A stretch of DNA of 64,000 bases from Macrostomum lignano. Its lineage: Eukaryota. Position 1 is the first letter of the stretch, and every line of letters begins with the position of its first letter. Below, in pieces: positions 45,181 to 58,446 of this stretch. The stretch covers positions 124,001-188,000 of the forward strand of contig NIVC01000629.1 in NCBI GenBank assembly GCA_002269645.1. The letters run 5' to 3'. The position numbers and the translations under genes are program-made. Under the pieces are notes generated by a model, which made no database searches, was not told where the DNA came from, and worked only from the letters and a program-made list of their open reading frames with translations.

Positions 45181-48100
45181 CTACCAATACCGGGTCATTC
45201 ATATATACTGCAGCAGCAGTTGCAGTTGCGCCAGCAGCAGCAACAGCAGCAGGCAAATTATGGCGGCGGCCTATTTATGCGCCCACCAGCCAACCTGCTG
45301 CCGAGGAGTAGCAGCAGTAGCGGAGGTGGCGGCGGCTTGCTGCCACCTCTAGCTCGCTCAAATTCCTGTCAGCAACTGTCGCTTGAGCAGCGCAAACCGG
45401 CTGCGCCAGCTAGTTCGAGTGCTTCATCATCAGCTAATAATGAGCCATCATCGGCTGCTATGATAAAAGAGATCGATAAGAAATGCGAATCCTATTGCAA
45501 AGCTGTGTACGCCGTGGCCGAGCGCTATCTAAAGCACATGCCAATCGCCCAGCGCACAGATATGCGACGCTTATTCAACACGTGGAAGGACGCGCCAGAC
45601 AAATTAGACGTCAGCTTTATGTATAAACTATCGGGCTGGAGAGCCGTGTACACTTTGAACTTATTCCGCAGTAGAATCCAGACAGTGTGGCTGTCGCTAA
45701 GACAATTAATGTCGCCAAAGTCTGGCATCGCCGATCAGCTCACTGAGATATTTGGCCGGACACAGAGAGTAGTTAGCATCGGCTGCGGTCCGGGGCCCTG
45801 CGTAGCCGCTATGCTTATTGTGCTGCGCGAATGCTTCGGCATTACGCAATACGTGAAGCTGATTGGTATCGATCAGTTCATTGGCTGGGGTCCCTATGTT
45901 GTGTCGATGAACGGCGTTGAAGCCGCCGGTCCGAGCGGTGTAGAGTTTTGGCACGAACGAGTCGAGGAAGCAACGATTGACAAGCTGCCAAATGCCAACG
46001 TGGCTATTATGTCTTACACTGACGCTGCCGTGCACACTCCGAAATTTTGGGAAACAATGCGACTTAAATTTGCTTTCATCCTTGTGCTTGACCAGCGCAA
46101 AGGAGCCCTGTCGCGAGAATTGCAGCGCCAAGGATTCTGCCATTTCGAATACGAATTTAAGGGCAGCAAGAGGGTATTTTATTACATTAATCCGTTTGGC
46201 GAGATGCTCAAATTGGCTCACTGCACCGCCTCGACTACGGCGGCCAGCTCCGGCGTGCCTCGATTGGCCACGGCGGACAGCGACGACTCCGACGCCTACG
46301 ACAGTGACTCGTCGTCCGACACTTCCTCATCCACGTCCGGCGATGATGCCGATGCCGTAGAGACTGACGAGCACATTGAGCAGCAGGTGGCCGGCGTGAT
46401 GCAGCACCTGTTAGCCAAGGTTGAGCAGCAGATGAGTTTAGGCTTGGCTAGGACTCGAACTCGCGACCGTAGGCGGGCAATGCAAGAGGCGGCGGCCGCA
46501 AGATCCGCAGCCGAAGATGACGAAGTGACGCCGGAGCTGGAGCGGGCGATCACACAGCGCCTGCTCGCGGCTGTCGATACGATGAACTCGTCAGGTGGCG
46601 ATGGTGGCGCCGATTCCGATGACGCTATTGAGTTGCATGCTGAGCAAGATGAGGCTAGCAATCCTGACGAATTGATGGCAACACCTGAGTCCGAAAATCA
46701 GCAGAAGCAGCAGGAGCAGCAGGACGAATCTTCTTGCAGTCGAGGCCGGGGCACTGCGGTCCGCAAGAGACCGCAGCAGCAGAAGCCGCAGCCGTCCCAG
46801 ATTCCTGCATCGGCGGCGCCTACACCTAGTCGGGTCCGCCGCGCGCCACCTTCCGATCAAGAGCAGCAGCAGCAACAGGAGGAGGTGGAGCCTCCAGCAA
46901 AGAAGCGCAAACAGCCGCTTAGCAAAGCCGAGAAAGACCAGCTATTAAAATCTCTTCTAAAAGAAGTCAGCTCAGCAGAGTCAGACGAAGAGCAGCAAGC
47001 AAATTCGTCACCAAAGCAAGCTCCGCCGCATGCTCAAGAAAAAGTGCTCTCCGTTCATATGCCCGATTGGGCGCGCGATCTTATCGCCAATTGGTCAACC
47101 GGTGACGTGGCTGATTCACCTCCGGCTAGCTCGCCAACCGCCGAATTGCCTGCGCCTCAAGAGATCGGCGCTCCGCTGCCATTTGGCATCAAGCGGGTCG
47201 CCTCACAGCCCGCTAACGTCCGGCCGCTGATGCCGGCTCAAGTTCGGGTTAAAGCAGTGCAAAGTTCGCAGTCAGTTCGTCCTCAAAATCAGGTGCGTCT
47301 TCAGTTTACTTTTTGTTTATTTTAAAGTAGACCTGAAGCCAGCGACCCGTCAAGTACTTTTTAAGTACTTATATAAATGCATGAATGTACGCCAAACTGC
47401 ACACTTGCGCACTTCATGCAATCCATGCAATGTTAGGAAGTGGTTTTAGTCTAGTGGTTAGAGCGTCGGACTCACGACTTGAAGGTCTGGGGTTCGATTC
47501 CCGATCCCACTGAAACAATTTGTATCCTTGAGCAAGACACTTAACTCTGCATTGCTTCAGTTCAGCCATCTGTGAAATGGGAGCCAGCGTTTGCTGGGGT
47601 AGTTAAGGGGTGTGACAACCTCCAGTCCTTGGACTGAACAGCCGTACGCAGCTGTCGGTTGCACATCTTCCCATTAGGGCAGGTTCAATCAATTATATTA
47701 TCATTATTATGCAATGCATGCGCTTTGTCTTGACCCATCATTTCCGTAGGTCACATAACTATCCATGCCTTAACCCGTCCTCCGGTGCCGCAGGTGCGTC
47801 CCCAGGTGTCACAGGTTCGACCTCGGGCATCTCAAGTAGGTTCCCAGGCGCCGCAGGTCCAAACTCAGGTGCCGCAGGTTCGAACTCAGGTGCCGCAGGT
47901 TCGAACTCAGGTGCCGCAGGTTCGAACTCAGGTGCCACAGGTTCGACCCCAGACACCACAGGTTCGACCTCAGACAGCACAGGTTCGAACTCAGACACCA
48001 CAGGTTCGACCTCAGGCACCACAGGTTCGACCTCAGGCACCACAGGTTCGACCTCAGGCACCACAGCTTCGACCTCAGGCACCACAGGTTCAAACTCAGG

Positions 48101-50161
48101 CACCGCAGGTTCGACCCCAGGCACCACAGGTTCGACCTCAGGCACCACAGGTTCAAACTCAAGCGCCGCAGGTTCAACCTGAATCGGCTCAATCTAGCAG
48201 CAGTTCAGCATTTCCGGTGGTGCAAAAGGCGCCGCTTGTCAGGCGTCAGCAGCTGCAGCAGTTGACGGCGTCACAAGAGGCATCAGCGATCCGACCTGTT
48301 GGCATTGCTAGGCCGGCGCTGCATGAGACAGGTGTTGCTATGCAGTTGCCGCAGCTTCCCCAGTCTTCCCTACCGGATTTGGTAAGCACGTTACTTGGAC
48401 TCTGTTACTATATATAATGCACTTTCTGTGCAACACAATGGAAAAAGTACGTCCTGAGAATCCAGCTAAACATCCTGAGAATCCAGCTGAACATCCCTTG
48501 AAAATCCAGCCTGAACATCCCTTGAAAATCCAGTCTGAACATTCCCTGAGAATCCAGCTGAACATCCCTTGAGAATCCAGCTGAACATCCCTTGAGAATC
48601 CAGTTGAACATCCCCTGAGAATCCAGCTAAACATCCCTTGAGAATCCAGCTGAACATCCCCTGAAAATCCAGCTGAACATCCCTTGAGAATCCAGTCTGA
48701 ACATCCCCTGAGAATCCAGCTGAACATCCCCTGAAAATCCAGCTGAACATCCCCTGAGAATCCAGCTGAACATCCCCTGAAAATCCAGCTGAACATCCCC
48801 TGAGAATCCAGCTGAACATCCCCTGAGAATCCAGCTGAACATCCCCTGAGAATCCAGCTGAACATCCCCTGAGAATCCAGCTGAACATCCCCTGAGAATC
48901 CAGCTGAACATCCCCTGAGAATCCAGCTGAACATCCCCTGAGAATCCAGCTGAACATCCCCTGAAAATCCAGCTGAACATCCCCTGAGAATCCAGCTGAA
49001 CATCCCCTGAGAATCCAGCTGAACATCCCCTGAGAATCCAGCTGAACATCCCCTGAGAATCCAGTTAAACATCCCCTGAGAATCCAGCTGAACATCCCCT
49101 GAAAATCCAGCTGAACATCCCCTGAGAATCCAGCTGAACATCCCCTGAGAATCCAGCTGAACATCCCCTGAGAATCCAGCTGAACATCCCCTGAGCATCC
49201 AGTTAAACATCCCCTGAGCCAAACGAATAAAACAGTTCAATGAGCTTTAAGGTTAAAGTTGTATTGAATTTTCAGTGTTTGGTATCGAAAATATTATTGT
49301 ATATCTCATACTCACCCGTTGCCATAGCAACCGGCGGCCCCTGTCGCAGCCTACTATCCCCAGCTAGCCGGCCAGTCAGTGGCGCAGCAGCAGCCAGTTG
49401 GATTCCAGCAGCCGCAGGCGGCATTTCCGGCGCCAATGTACGCCGCCCCAGTGCCTGGCGCTCCTTACTGCTACGTGATGCCAAGCCAGCCTCAGTTCAT
49501 TCAGCAGCAGCCGACTGTTGCGTCCTTATCAACTACTGCTGCTGTATCAGTTGCTGGGCAGTCCGCTGTGCAGTACATGCCTGCGGTGCAATTTCTTGCC
49601 CATCCTGCTCAGCAGCAACAATTCATCCCTATGGAAGCTTCTGCCAGCCGAATGGTGGTCGCACCGAATGCTCCCGCTGAGCAGCAACAGCAGCAGAAAC
49701 TGTCAAAAAAGCGCAAGCATGAGCAGAAATCAAAGAAAGCCAAATCATCGGCCGAGAAGAAGAAGAAGGAAAAGAAAAAGAAGAAAAAATCTTCTAAGCG
49801 CGGTCATCGTCGGTCTGCTCAAAAAGAGAAGCGGCGCCGGCGTCACCGGCGGAGGCGGAGCTCCGGGCATTCGTCATCGTATTCGTCGGATTATTCCGAT
49901 TCTGAAGACTACTCGGACTCAACGTCGATGTCGGACGATGTCGATAAACAATTGGCCGGGGCAGCTCCTCAGGTTGAAGAGTTTGTTAGCGAAGACTCGG
50001 ACTTGGACTTGCTGGATTATAGGAAGAACCGGACACTGGCCGAGGAGGAGGCGGCCAGACTGCGCGAGCCTGTGTCGCCGACCCGGACGCCTTCGCCGCC
50101 GCCGCCTACAGTGACTCGAAAGAAGATTCGAATCAATAGAGATATAATAACTATTGATTAG
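45181..50161 (+). CDS. Orphan protein, ~1,180 aa: class I SAM-dependent methyltransferase-like domain plus long low-complexity region, Q/P repeat, basic NLS-like tracts and SIM-like C-terminus (3 exons; start uncertain)
   Basis: Open frame 45181-47292 after acceptor gatttcag, exon 47794-48381, exon 49328-50161, all phase 0. Motif I-like RVVSIGCGPG and motif II-like KLIGID. Basic tracts PPAKKRK and KKKKEKKKKKK...RRRRHRRRR. The first in-frame ATG is ~45277, or there is an unseen upstream exon. Confidence 0.75.
47433..47708 (+). mobile_element. tRNA-derived SINE with CORE-like domain, near full-length, in intron 1 of the methyltransferase-like gene
   Basis: Box A TAGTCTAGTGG, box B GGTTCGATTCC, the same core as the 7.0-kb copy, a TTA-rich tail and a possible TSD ATGCAATG (47425-47432 / 47709-47716). 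Confidence 0.85.
48452..49220. repeat. Intronic minisatellite, 23-bp unit (methyltransferase-like gene intron 2)
   Basis: GAGAATCCAGCTGAACATCCCCT tandem. Confidence 0.95.
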
Positions 50162-50244
50162 GAGGGCTTTGTAGTATTAGTGTTGCCTTTGTTTGCTCGA
50201 GTTGACAATTACGAAAAAATATGTTCTTGCCGGCGTGCTCAGCA

Positions 50245-53205
50245 GGGCTGGCCATAGACTATCGCTATTCCATGGGTGACCATAGACTATCGCTATTCCA
50301 TGGGTGACCATAGACTATCGCTATTCCATGGGTGACCATAGACTATCGCTATGCTTTTGTGCTGGCCATAGACTATCGCTATGCCTTTGTGCTGGCCATA
50401 GACTATCGCTATGCCTTTGTGCTGGCCATAGACTATCGCTATGCCTTTGTGCTGGCCATAGACTATCGCTATGCCTTTGTGCTGGCCATAGACTATCGCT
50501 ATGCCTTTGTGCTGGCCATAGACTATCGCTATGCCTTTGTGCTGGCCATAGACTATCGCTATGCCTTTGTGCTGGCCATAGACTATCGCTATGCCTTTGT
50601 GCTGACCATAGACTATCGCTATGCCATGGCTGACCATAGAATATCGCTATGCCTTTGTGCTGACCATAGACTATCGCTATGCCATGGCTGACCATAGACT
50701 ATCGCTATGCCATAGCTGACCATAGACTATCGCTATGCCATGGCTGACCATAGACTATCGCTATGCCTTTGTGCTGACCATAGACTATCGCTATGCCATG
50801 GCTGACCATAGACTATCGCTATGCCATAGCTGACCATAGACTATCGCTATGCCTTTGTGCTGACCATAGACTATCGCTATGCCATGGCTGACCATAGACT
50901 ATCGCTATGCCATGGCTGACCATAGACTATCGCTATGCCATAGCTGACCATAGACTATCGCTATGCCATGGCTGACCATAGACTATCGCTATGCCATAGC
51001 TGACCATAGACTATCGCTATGCCTTTGTGCTGACCATAGACTATCGCTATGCCATGGCTGACCATAGACTATCGCTATGCCATGGCTGACCATAGACTAT
51101 CGCTATGCCATAGCTGACCATAGACTATCGCTATGCCTTTGTGCTGACCATAGACTATCGCTATGCCATAGCTGACCATAGAATATCGCTATGCCATGGC
51201 TGACCATAGAATATCGCTATGCCATGGCTGACCATAGAATATCGCTATGCCATAGCTGACCATAGACTATCGCTATGCCTTTGTGCTGACCATAGACTAT
51301 CGCTATGCCATGGCTGACCATAGAATATCGCTATGCCTTTGTGCTGACCATAGACTATCGCTATGCCATGGCTGACCATAGAATATCGCTATGCCATGGC
51401 TGACCATAGAATATCGCTATGCCTTTGTGCTGACCATAGAATATCGCTATGCCATGGCTGACCATAGAATATCGCTATGCCATGGCTGACCATAGACTAT
51501 CGCTATGCCTTTGTGCTGACCATAGAATATCGCTATGCCATGGCTGACCATAGAATATCGCTATGCCTTTGTGCTGACCATAGAATATCGCTATGCCATA
51601 GCTGACCATAGACTATCGCTATGCCTTTGTGCTGACCATAGACTATCGCTATGCCTTTGTGCTGACCATAGACTATCGCTATGCCATGGCTGACCATAGA
51701 CTATCGCTATGCCTTTGTGCTGACCATAGACTATCGCTATGCCATGGCTGACCATAGAATATCGCTATGCCATGGCTGACCATAGAATATCGCTATGCCT
51801 TTGTGCTGACCATAGACTATCGCTATGCCATGGCTGACCATAGACTATCGCTATGCCATGGCTGACCATAGAATATCGCTATGCCTTTGTGCTGACCATA
51901 GACTATCGCTATGCCATGGCTGACCATAGACTATCGCTATGCCATGGCTGACCATAGAATATCGCTATGCCTTTGTGCTGACCATAGACTATCGCTATGC
52001 CTTTGTGCTGACCATAGACTATCGCTATGCCATGGCTGACCATAGACTATCGCTATGCCATAGCTGACCATAGACTATCGCTATGCCTTTGTGCTGACCA
52101 TAGACTATCGCTATGCCATGGCTGACCATAGACTATCGCTATGCCATGGCTGACCATAGACTATCGCTATGCCATAGCTGACCATAGACTATCGCTATGC
52201 CATGGCTGACCATAGACTATCGCTATGCCATAGCTGACCATAGACTATCGCTATGCCTTTGTGCTGACCATAGACTATCGCTATGCCATGGCTGACCATA
52301 GACTATCGCTATGCCATGGCTGACCATAGACTATCGCTATGCCATAGCTGACCATAGACTATCGCTATGCCTTTGTGCTGACCATAGACTATCGCTATGC
52401 CATGGCTGACCATAGACTATCGCTATGCCATGGCTGACCATAGACTATCGCTATGCCATAGCTGACCATAGACTATCGCTATGCCATGGCTGACCATAGA
52501 CTATCGCTATGCCATAGCTGACCATAGACTATCGCTATGCCTTTGTGCTGACCATAGACTATCGCTATGCCATGGCTGACCATAGACTATCGCTATGCCA
52601 TGGCTGACCATAGACTATCGCTATGCCATAGCTGACCATAGACTATCGCTATGCCTTTGTGCTGACCATAGACTATCGCTATGCCATAGCTGACCATAGA
52701 ATATCGCTATGCCATGGCTGACCATAGAATATCGCTATGCCATGGCTGACCATAGACTATCGCTATGCCATAGCTGACCATAGACTATCGCTATGCCTTT
52801 GTGCTGACCATAGACTATCGCTATGCCTTTGTGCTGACCATAGACTATCGCTATGCCTTTGTGCTGACCATAGACTATCGCTATGCCATGGCTGACCATA
52901 GACTATCGCTATGCCTTTGTGCTGACCATAGACTATCGCTATGCCATGGCTGACCATAGAATATCGCTATGCCATGGCTGACCATAGAATATCGCTATGC
53001 CTTTGTGCTGACCATAGACTATCGCTATGCCTTTGTGCTGACCATAGACTATCGCTATGCCATGGCTGACCATAGACTATCGCTATGCCATGGCTGACCA
53101 TAGACTATCGCTATGCCTTTGTGCTGACCATAGACTATCGCTATGCCTTTGTGCTGACCATAGACTATCGCTCTGCCATGGCTGACCATAGACTATCGCT
53201 ATGCC
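50245..53205. repeat. Intergenic satellite of mixed 28- and 30-bp units, ~3 kb
   Basis: GACCATAGACTATCGCTATGCC followed by TTTGTGCT, ATGGCT or ATAGCT. Confidence 0.97.
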
Positions 53206-54146
53206 AAGTAAAGACTCAGCAGAACTTAAGCTTGTCTCAGCCATCGAATGCAAAAGTAGCTCTTCTAATCATTCTGCAGTTTGCAGTTTTCGCAACTCTT
53301 ATATGATTATAAATAATTATAATATAGTCAAATAAAGAATGAAGGGATTCTCAACTCTATTGCCTTAGTATAACCAACTTGACTGGTAAAATTATCATCT
53401 TATTATCACCGCTAATCATTCTGTTGGCTACAAATAGAGTTTATGTACAGCAAATATTGTTTAAAAATGAATCGCCGCTTCTACGCCTTAGGGCTTTCCG
53501 CGGAGTGTGTGGCTCTGTGTTGTCTGGTCTTTGTGTTCCAGTTATAGAAACCTGATAAAATATGTATTTGTTATAATCGCTTCAGCCAGTGCAGTGTTAA
53601 ATTTTACTATTTTGCGTGTCAGTTGGCCTTTAACTTGATTGATTAATTAATAAAAAAATGCGTAAATTGACTTTCATAGCACGCTTTTCAAGTGAAAAAA
53701 CTTTGATAAATAATTTTTTTAACCGGATTTTTGTGAATGATAGGGTCAGACGTAGTAGTTGTCAAGCCAATTGAATTTTCAAAGCTTTACCTCGGGGGGG
53801 GGTAGATTAGTAGATAAAGAATCTAGCTGATGGCTGCGGGCCAGGTGAAAGAGGAAAGGAGAGAGGAGAATAAGGAGAGACGGGGAGAGAAAAGACAAAC
53901 TCCAAGGTGGCCAGATTGCTATTGAGAAGTTTCGCTGGAGCAGAGGGTCGGATAGAGAGGCTTTGTGGGCCAAAGTTCAGACCCCTGCTTTGCATGAATG
54001 ATTTTTAAATTTCCTTGTAACAATATAAAACGCATGTTTTTACTACACTACTGAACCCTAGTTTGAGTAGTATTGATAGGAACGAACTGTCAGTTTTATG
54101 GAAAATCACTAAACTGAAAACAATCGCTCCAGCTAATAAGCCTAGC

Positions 54147-56219
54147 ATGACCTCCGGCGGTAACATGTACGGCGGCGACGAAGTCGGCGCCATCGTTCTA
54201 GACGTCGGCTCGCACACAATTCGAGCCGGATTCGCCGGCGAAGACATGCCTAAAACTGATCTGCCAGCCTATGTTGGCAGTTGTCCAGCTATTTCGGCTG
54301 CGGCTGTTGAATCTGCTCAGCCGGTTGACGGTGCCGACTCAGGCGCTGCTAAACAGCAGCAGCCGCCGCGGCTGTACCACGGCACCAATCAGATCAGCGT
54401 GCCCAGGCCGGGCATGGAGATCCAGGCTCTGTGCAAGGACGGCATGATCGAGGATTGGGACCTGTTTGAGAGCACAATGGACTATCTGTACAAGCACGAG
54501 CTGCAGTGCGCCTCGGAGGAGCATCCGTTGATCGCCTCCGAGGCCAATTGGAATACGAAGGCTAAACGGGAGAAGCTGTGCGAATTGGCATTTGAAAAGT
54601 ACCGCGTGCCGGCGTTCTTCATCTGCAAGCAGGCCGTGCTGGCCTGTTTTGCTAATGGCAAAGCCACCGGCCTGGTGCTCGACTGCGGCGCCTCCGGCAC
54701 GCACGCCGTGCCAGTCTTTGATGGATACGTTGTCTCGCACGGCATCATGCGCAGTCCCCTAGGCGGCGATTTCCTGGTCCGCCAGCTGGACAACTACCTG
54801 CGCCAGCAGCACAAGCTGGAGCCCGTGCCCGTGTATCGCGTTGCTTCGAAAACTCGAGTTGAAGAAGGCGGCTTGCCGGTCTGGGAGGCGAAGAAACTGC
54901 CTCAGGGCATTACGCAGTCTTATCATAATCTGATGGTTAAGAATCTGCTTCAGGATGTGGCCTCCACTGTGCTGCAATGCATTGACGAGCCCTACGATCA
55001 GGTGCGTATTAACCGAAGTATTTCTAATCCCTTTCTCCTATCTGTGTCTATGGTGTGAGATTCCAATAGCCATATCAAATCTCAGGTGTGAGATCCCAAT
55101 AGCCATATCAAATCTCCGGTGTGAGATTCCAATAGCCATATCAAATCTCAGGTGTGAGATCCCAATAGCCATATCAAATCTCCGGTGTGAGATCCCAATA
55201 GCCATATCAAATCTCAGGTGTGAGATCCCAATAGCCATATCAAATCTCAGGTGTGAGATCCCAATAGCCATATCAAATCTCCGGTGTGAGATCCCAAAAG
55301 CCATATCAAATCACAGGTGTGAGATCCCAATAGCCATATCAAATCTCAGTTGTGAGACCCAATAGCCATGTGAAATCTCAGGTGTGAGATCCTAATAGCC
55401 ATATGAAATCTCCGGTGTGAGATCCCAATAGCCATATCAAATCTCAGTTGTGAGACCCAATAGCTACATCAAATCACGTGTGAGATCCTAATAGCCATAT
55501 CAAATCTCAGGTGTGAGATCCCAATAACTATATCAAATCTCAGTTGTGAGACCCAATAGCTACATCAAATCACGTGTGAGATCCCAATAGCTATATCAAA
55601 TCTCAGGTGTGAGATCCCAATAGCTATATCAAATCTCAGGTGTGAGATCCCAATCGTTATATCAAATCTCAGGTGTGAGATCCCAATCGCTAAATTAAAT
55701 CGCAGGTGGGATCCCATAGCCGGTCAGCAGTCTCGCATCCCCACCCGCCCGCAGGCCACAGCCGAGACCATGCCCACTGTGCCATACGAGTTCCCGCACG
55801 GCTACAACATGGACTTCGGCTATCAGAGATTCCGCCTGACGGAAGCCCTTTTCGATCCTGCGAATTTCCTTCCCGAATCTCCGGGCAGCTCCATGCTCAG
55901 CGTGCCGCACTGCCTGCGCACCAGCGTCGAACGCTGCGACGTTGAAATCCGACAGTCGCTTTACTCCAGCATCGTGGTGGTCGGCGGCACCAGTCTGTTG
56001 AAGGGCTTCACGGACCGGCTTCAGCGCGACCTGACGGCCAGGGCCGCGGCAACCCTCCGGCTGAAGCTGCTGGCTTCCACCAGTTCGGGCGAGCGCCGCT
56101 TCGCCAGCTGGATTGGCGGCTCCATACTGGGCTCGCTTGGCACCTTCCAGCAGATGTGGTTCTCCAAGCAGGAGTACGAGGAGTCCGGCAAGTCCTTCAT
56201 TGAGAAGAAATGTCCTTGA
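54147..56219 (+). CDS. ACTL6A: Actin-like protein 6 (BAF53/Arp4), 2 exons
   Basis: Exons 54147-55001 (CAG|GTGCGT) and 55755-56219 (ccgcag|GCC). The N-terminus MYGGDEVGAIVLDVGSHTIRAGFAGEDMPK and C-terminus ERRFASWIGGSILGSLGTFQQMWFSKQEYEE..KKCP are ACTL6-type. Confidence 0.96.
55050..55690. repeat. Intronic minisatellite, 33-bp unit (ACTL6 intron)
   Basis: GGTGTGAGATCCCAATAGCCATATCAAATCTCA tandem. Confidence 0.95.
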
Positions 56220-56315
56220 CGATTAGTCTGTTGACGAACTTTTATTTCCTTTGCTAAAGTACATTTCATTACATGGGATCATTTTCCTACCAGAATCGCG
56301 AAGCTGAAATCTCAA

Positions 56316-56527
56316 TGCTAAAATCCCAATCACGGGATCCCAAACTACCTAAACGAGCCCAGTGCTAAGGTGCCACTCGGCAACAAAAAATCCCAATAAT
56401 CCTGGGACTCTACTGCTAGTTTTAACGCTAAAATCCCAATTATAGGATCCCAAACTACTTAAACGAGCCCAGTGCTAAGGTGCCACTCAACAACAAATAA
56501 TCCCAATAATCCTGGGACTCTACTGCT
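56316..56527. repeat. ~110-bp tandem duplication downstream of the ACTL6 stop
   Basis: GCTAAAATCCCAAT...GGGATCCCAAACTAC.TAAACGAGCCCAGTGCTAAGGTGCCACTC...CCTGGGACTCTACTGCT occurs twice. Confidence 0.85.
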
Positions 56528-58446
56528 GGGGAAAATTGTCCCCAAGCTGCAATCTTACTGCAAATCGTTGTGCACGCTGTTTGCTTATTGCGTGTCAATT
56601 TTCCGTATCCAATGTCTACAGTTGTTGTGCTTGACAAGCTTTATTAGCTATTACTCATCTAATTTTAAATAACTCAATGCTTTATAGTCCTACTGTACTA
56701 CTCTTATCCGATAATTATTGCATGAAATGTTGAAATTTAACAACGGGCTTGAAATTCTTATTCATATGATGCCGTATTTTCAAAACTTTACTAATAATTA
56801 ATGTTATTGTTGATTCCCGGTAACTGTTCTACTGTAATTTTTGTTAACAGTCAGTCTATGCTAAATTAAATATATAATCAATCGCATGCAGCTCTGGCCT
56901 TTAATTTACGAGTGTAAATTGTGCGTTTCTTTATAACTTGTGCGAAAGCCATAGAATAAGACGGAGAGGCAAAATGTGTTCTGTATTTCAATCTTCCAAA
57001 TGAAATCGCCGCGGTTAAAACTGCAATAATGCGCACAATTAATGTTATGAATGAACTTTTACATATATATATATATTTGACAATAATGATGCGAGTTCAT
57101 TGCGCCTATAAAAAGAGTTTAAAATGTGCCTTTAACTACTCACAGGAGTTTAATTGCTGGCGTATTCGCCGCGATGATCTTGCAGTAAAAACGAAGTGTT
57201 AGATATGAAAGCAAAATTGCATCGGGTCAGTTAAGCTATGTAATGCGCAAAATAATAATCAACCAATCGAGTGCGCAAGGAATCATAAAAGACAAAAATA
57301 AATAACATATTGTAGAAAGCCGCAAGGCAACTGGGTAAACCCGTTACTATGCAACCACAGCTAGACAAAGTGGTGCGGAAAATTAGCGGGCAAAAGCAGC
57401 GAATATCATTAGTAGCAATAGTCTAATCGTGCACAGCTTTTGGCACCAACGTCAAGTATGCAGTTAAAAATGGCGTAGCTCTTAAAAACACAACCGGCTT
57501 GCAACGGTTTCGACGTTTCGTTTTCAATTTCAACCGTAGATAAATAACAGGATTTTTTGTAGAGTCGCTGTTTCTCCCAGCATACCGGCATTTATTGCTA
57601 TTGCCTAGTATATATCCACTATACTAAGCTTTTTATTAACAGCCGAAGAAATGAACATTTAGTTAAAGCCGCAACAGCCAATGTACAGTTGTGTAATAAG
57701 GGGGACAGCGGGGGTCACAGGGTGTGAATGAGATAACGAACCAACTGGGGGGAAGGGAAGCTAAATCAATGTACATTTAGTTAGCGCCTCAGACGCCAAT
57801 GTAGATAATGGGGTGGGGGGTTGCTGGCCGGCGTGAGGTACAAAGATAACAGTTCATGTACATTCAGTAAGCGCTTGCGAAAGCCTATGTACATCGGATA
57901 ATAAATTTGGAATAACAACCGGCGGGCGCACAGGTTGCGAACGAAATAACGAACGTAGTGTAAAGAGAAATTTTCATCCAATGAACCTTTAGTTAGGCGC
58001 AGCAATGCACATTAGCAGCTAGCTTTGCCCCTTGGGGATAATAAGATGGGGGATAGAGATAGCGAACCCAGGAGAGAAATAAGTTATATGATCTGCGCTT
58101 TCAATTGGCGTTCACGTTTCAGGTAGATAGAGATGCACAATTACGAGTACATAAATAGAATACAATTATTAAATAATTAATGCACGTTTTGATTTCACAA
58201 TGCCACCAAGATCGATTGGAAAGTGAAAGAACAACAGCGACAGCAAAGTTAGCAATGAGAGCAACAAATAGGCAATAAAACACGGAGATAGTGCAACAGG
58301 AGTGCCTACGGGCACCTGTACAATTTAATCTGATTGGATTTGGTGGGGCAGATTAGTGCCGGACAAAATATACCGATAAATTTTTAATTGCAAAAATGAA
58401 TTACACCAAGTCAGATTATTAATATTATTACTGTCATTGAATTAAT

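Noticed and set aside
47436-47510. tRNA-like sequence with A and B boxes
   Set aside because: There is no complete cloverleaf acceptor stem, and it continues into a SINE body shared with 7048-7325.
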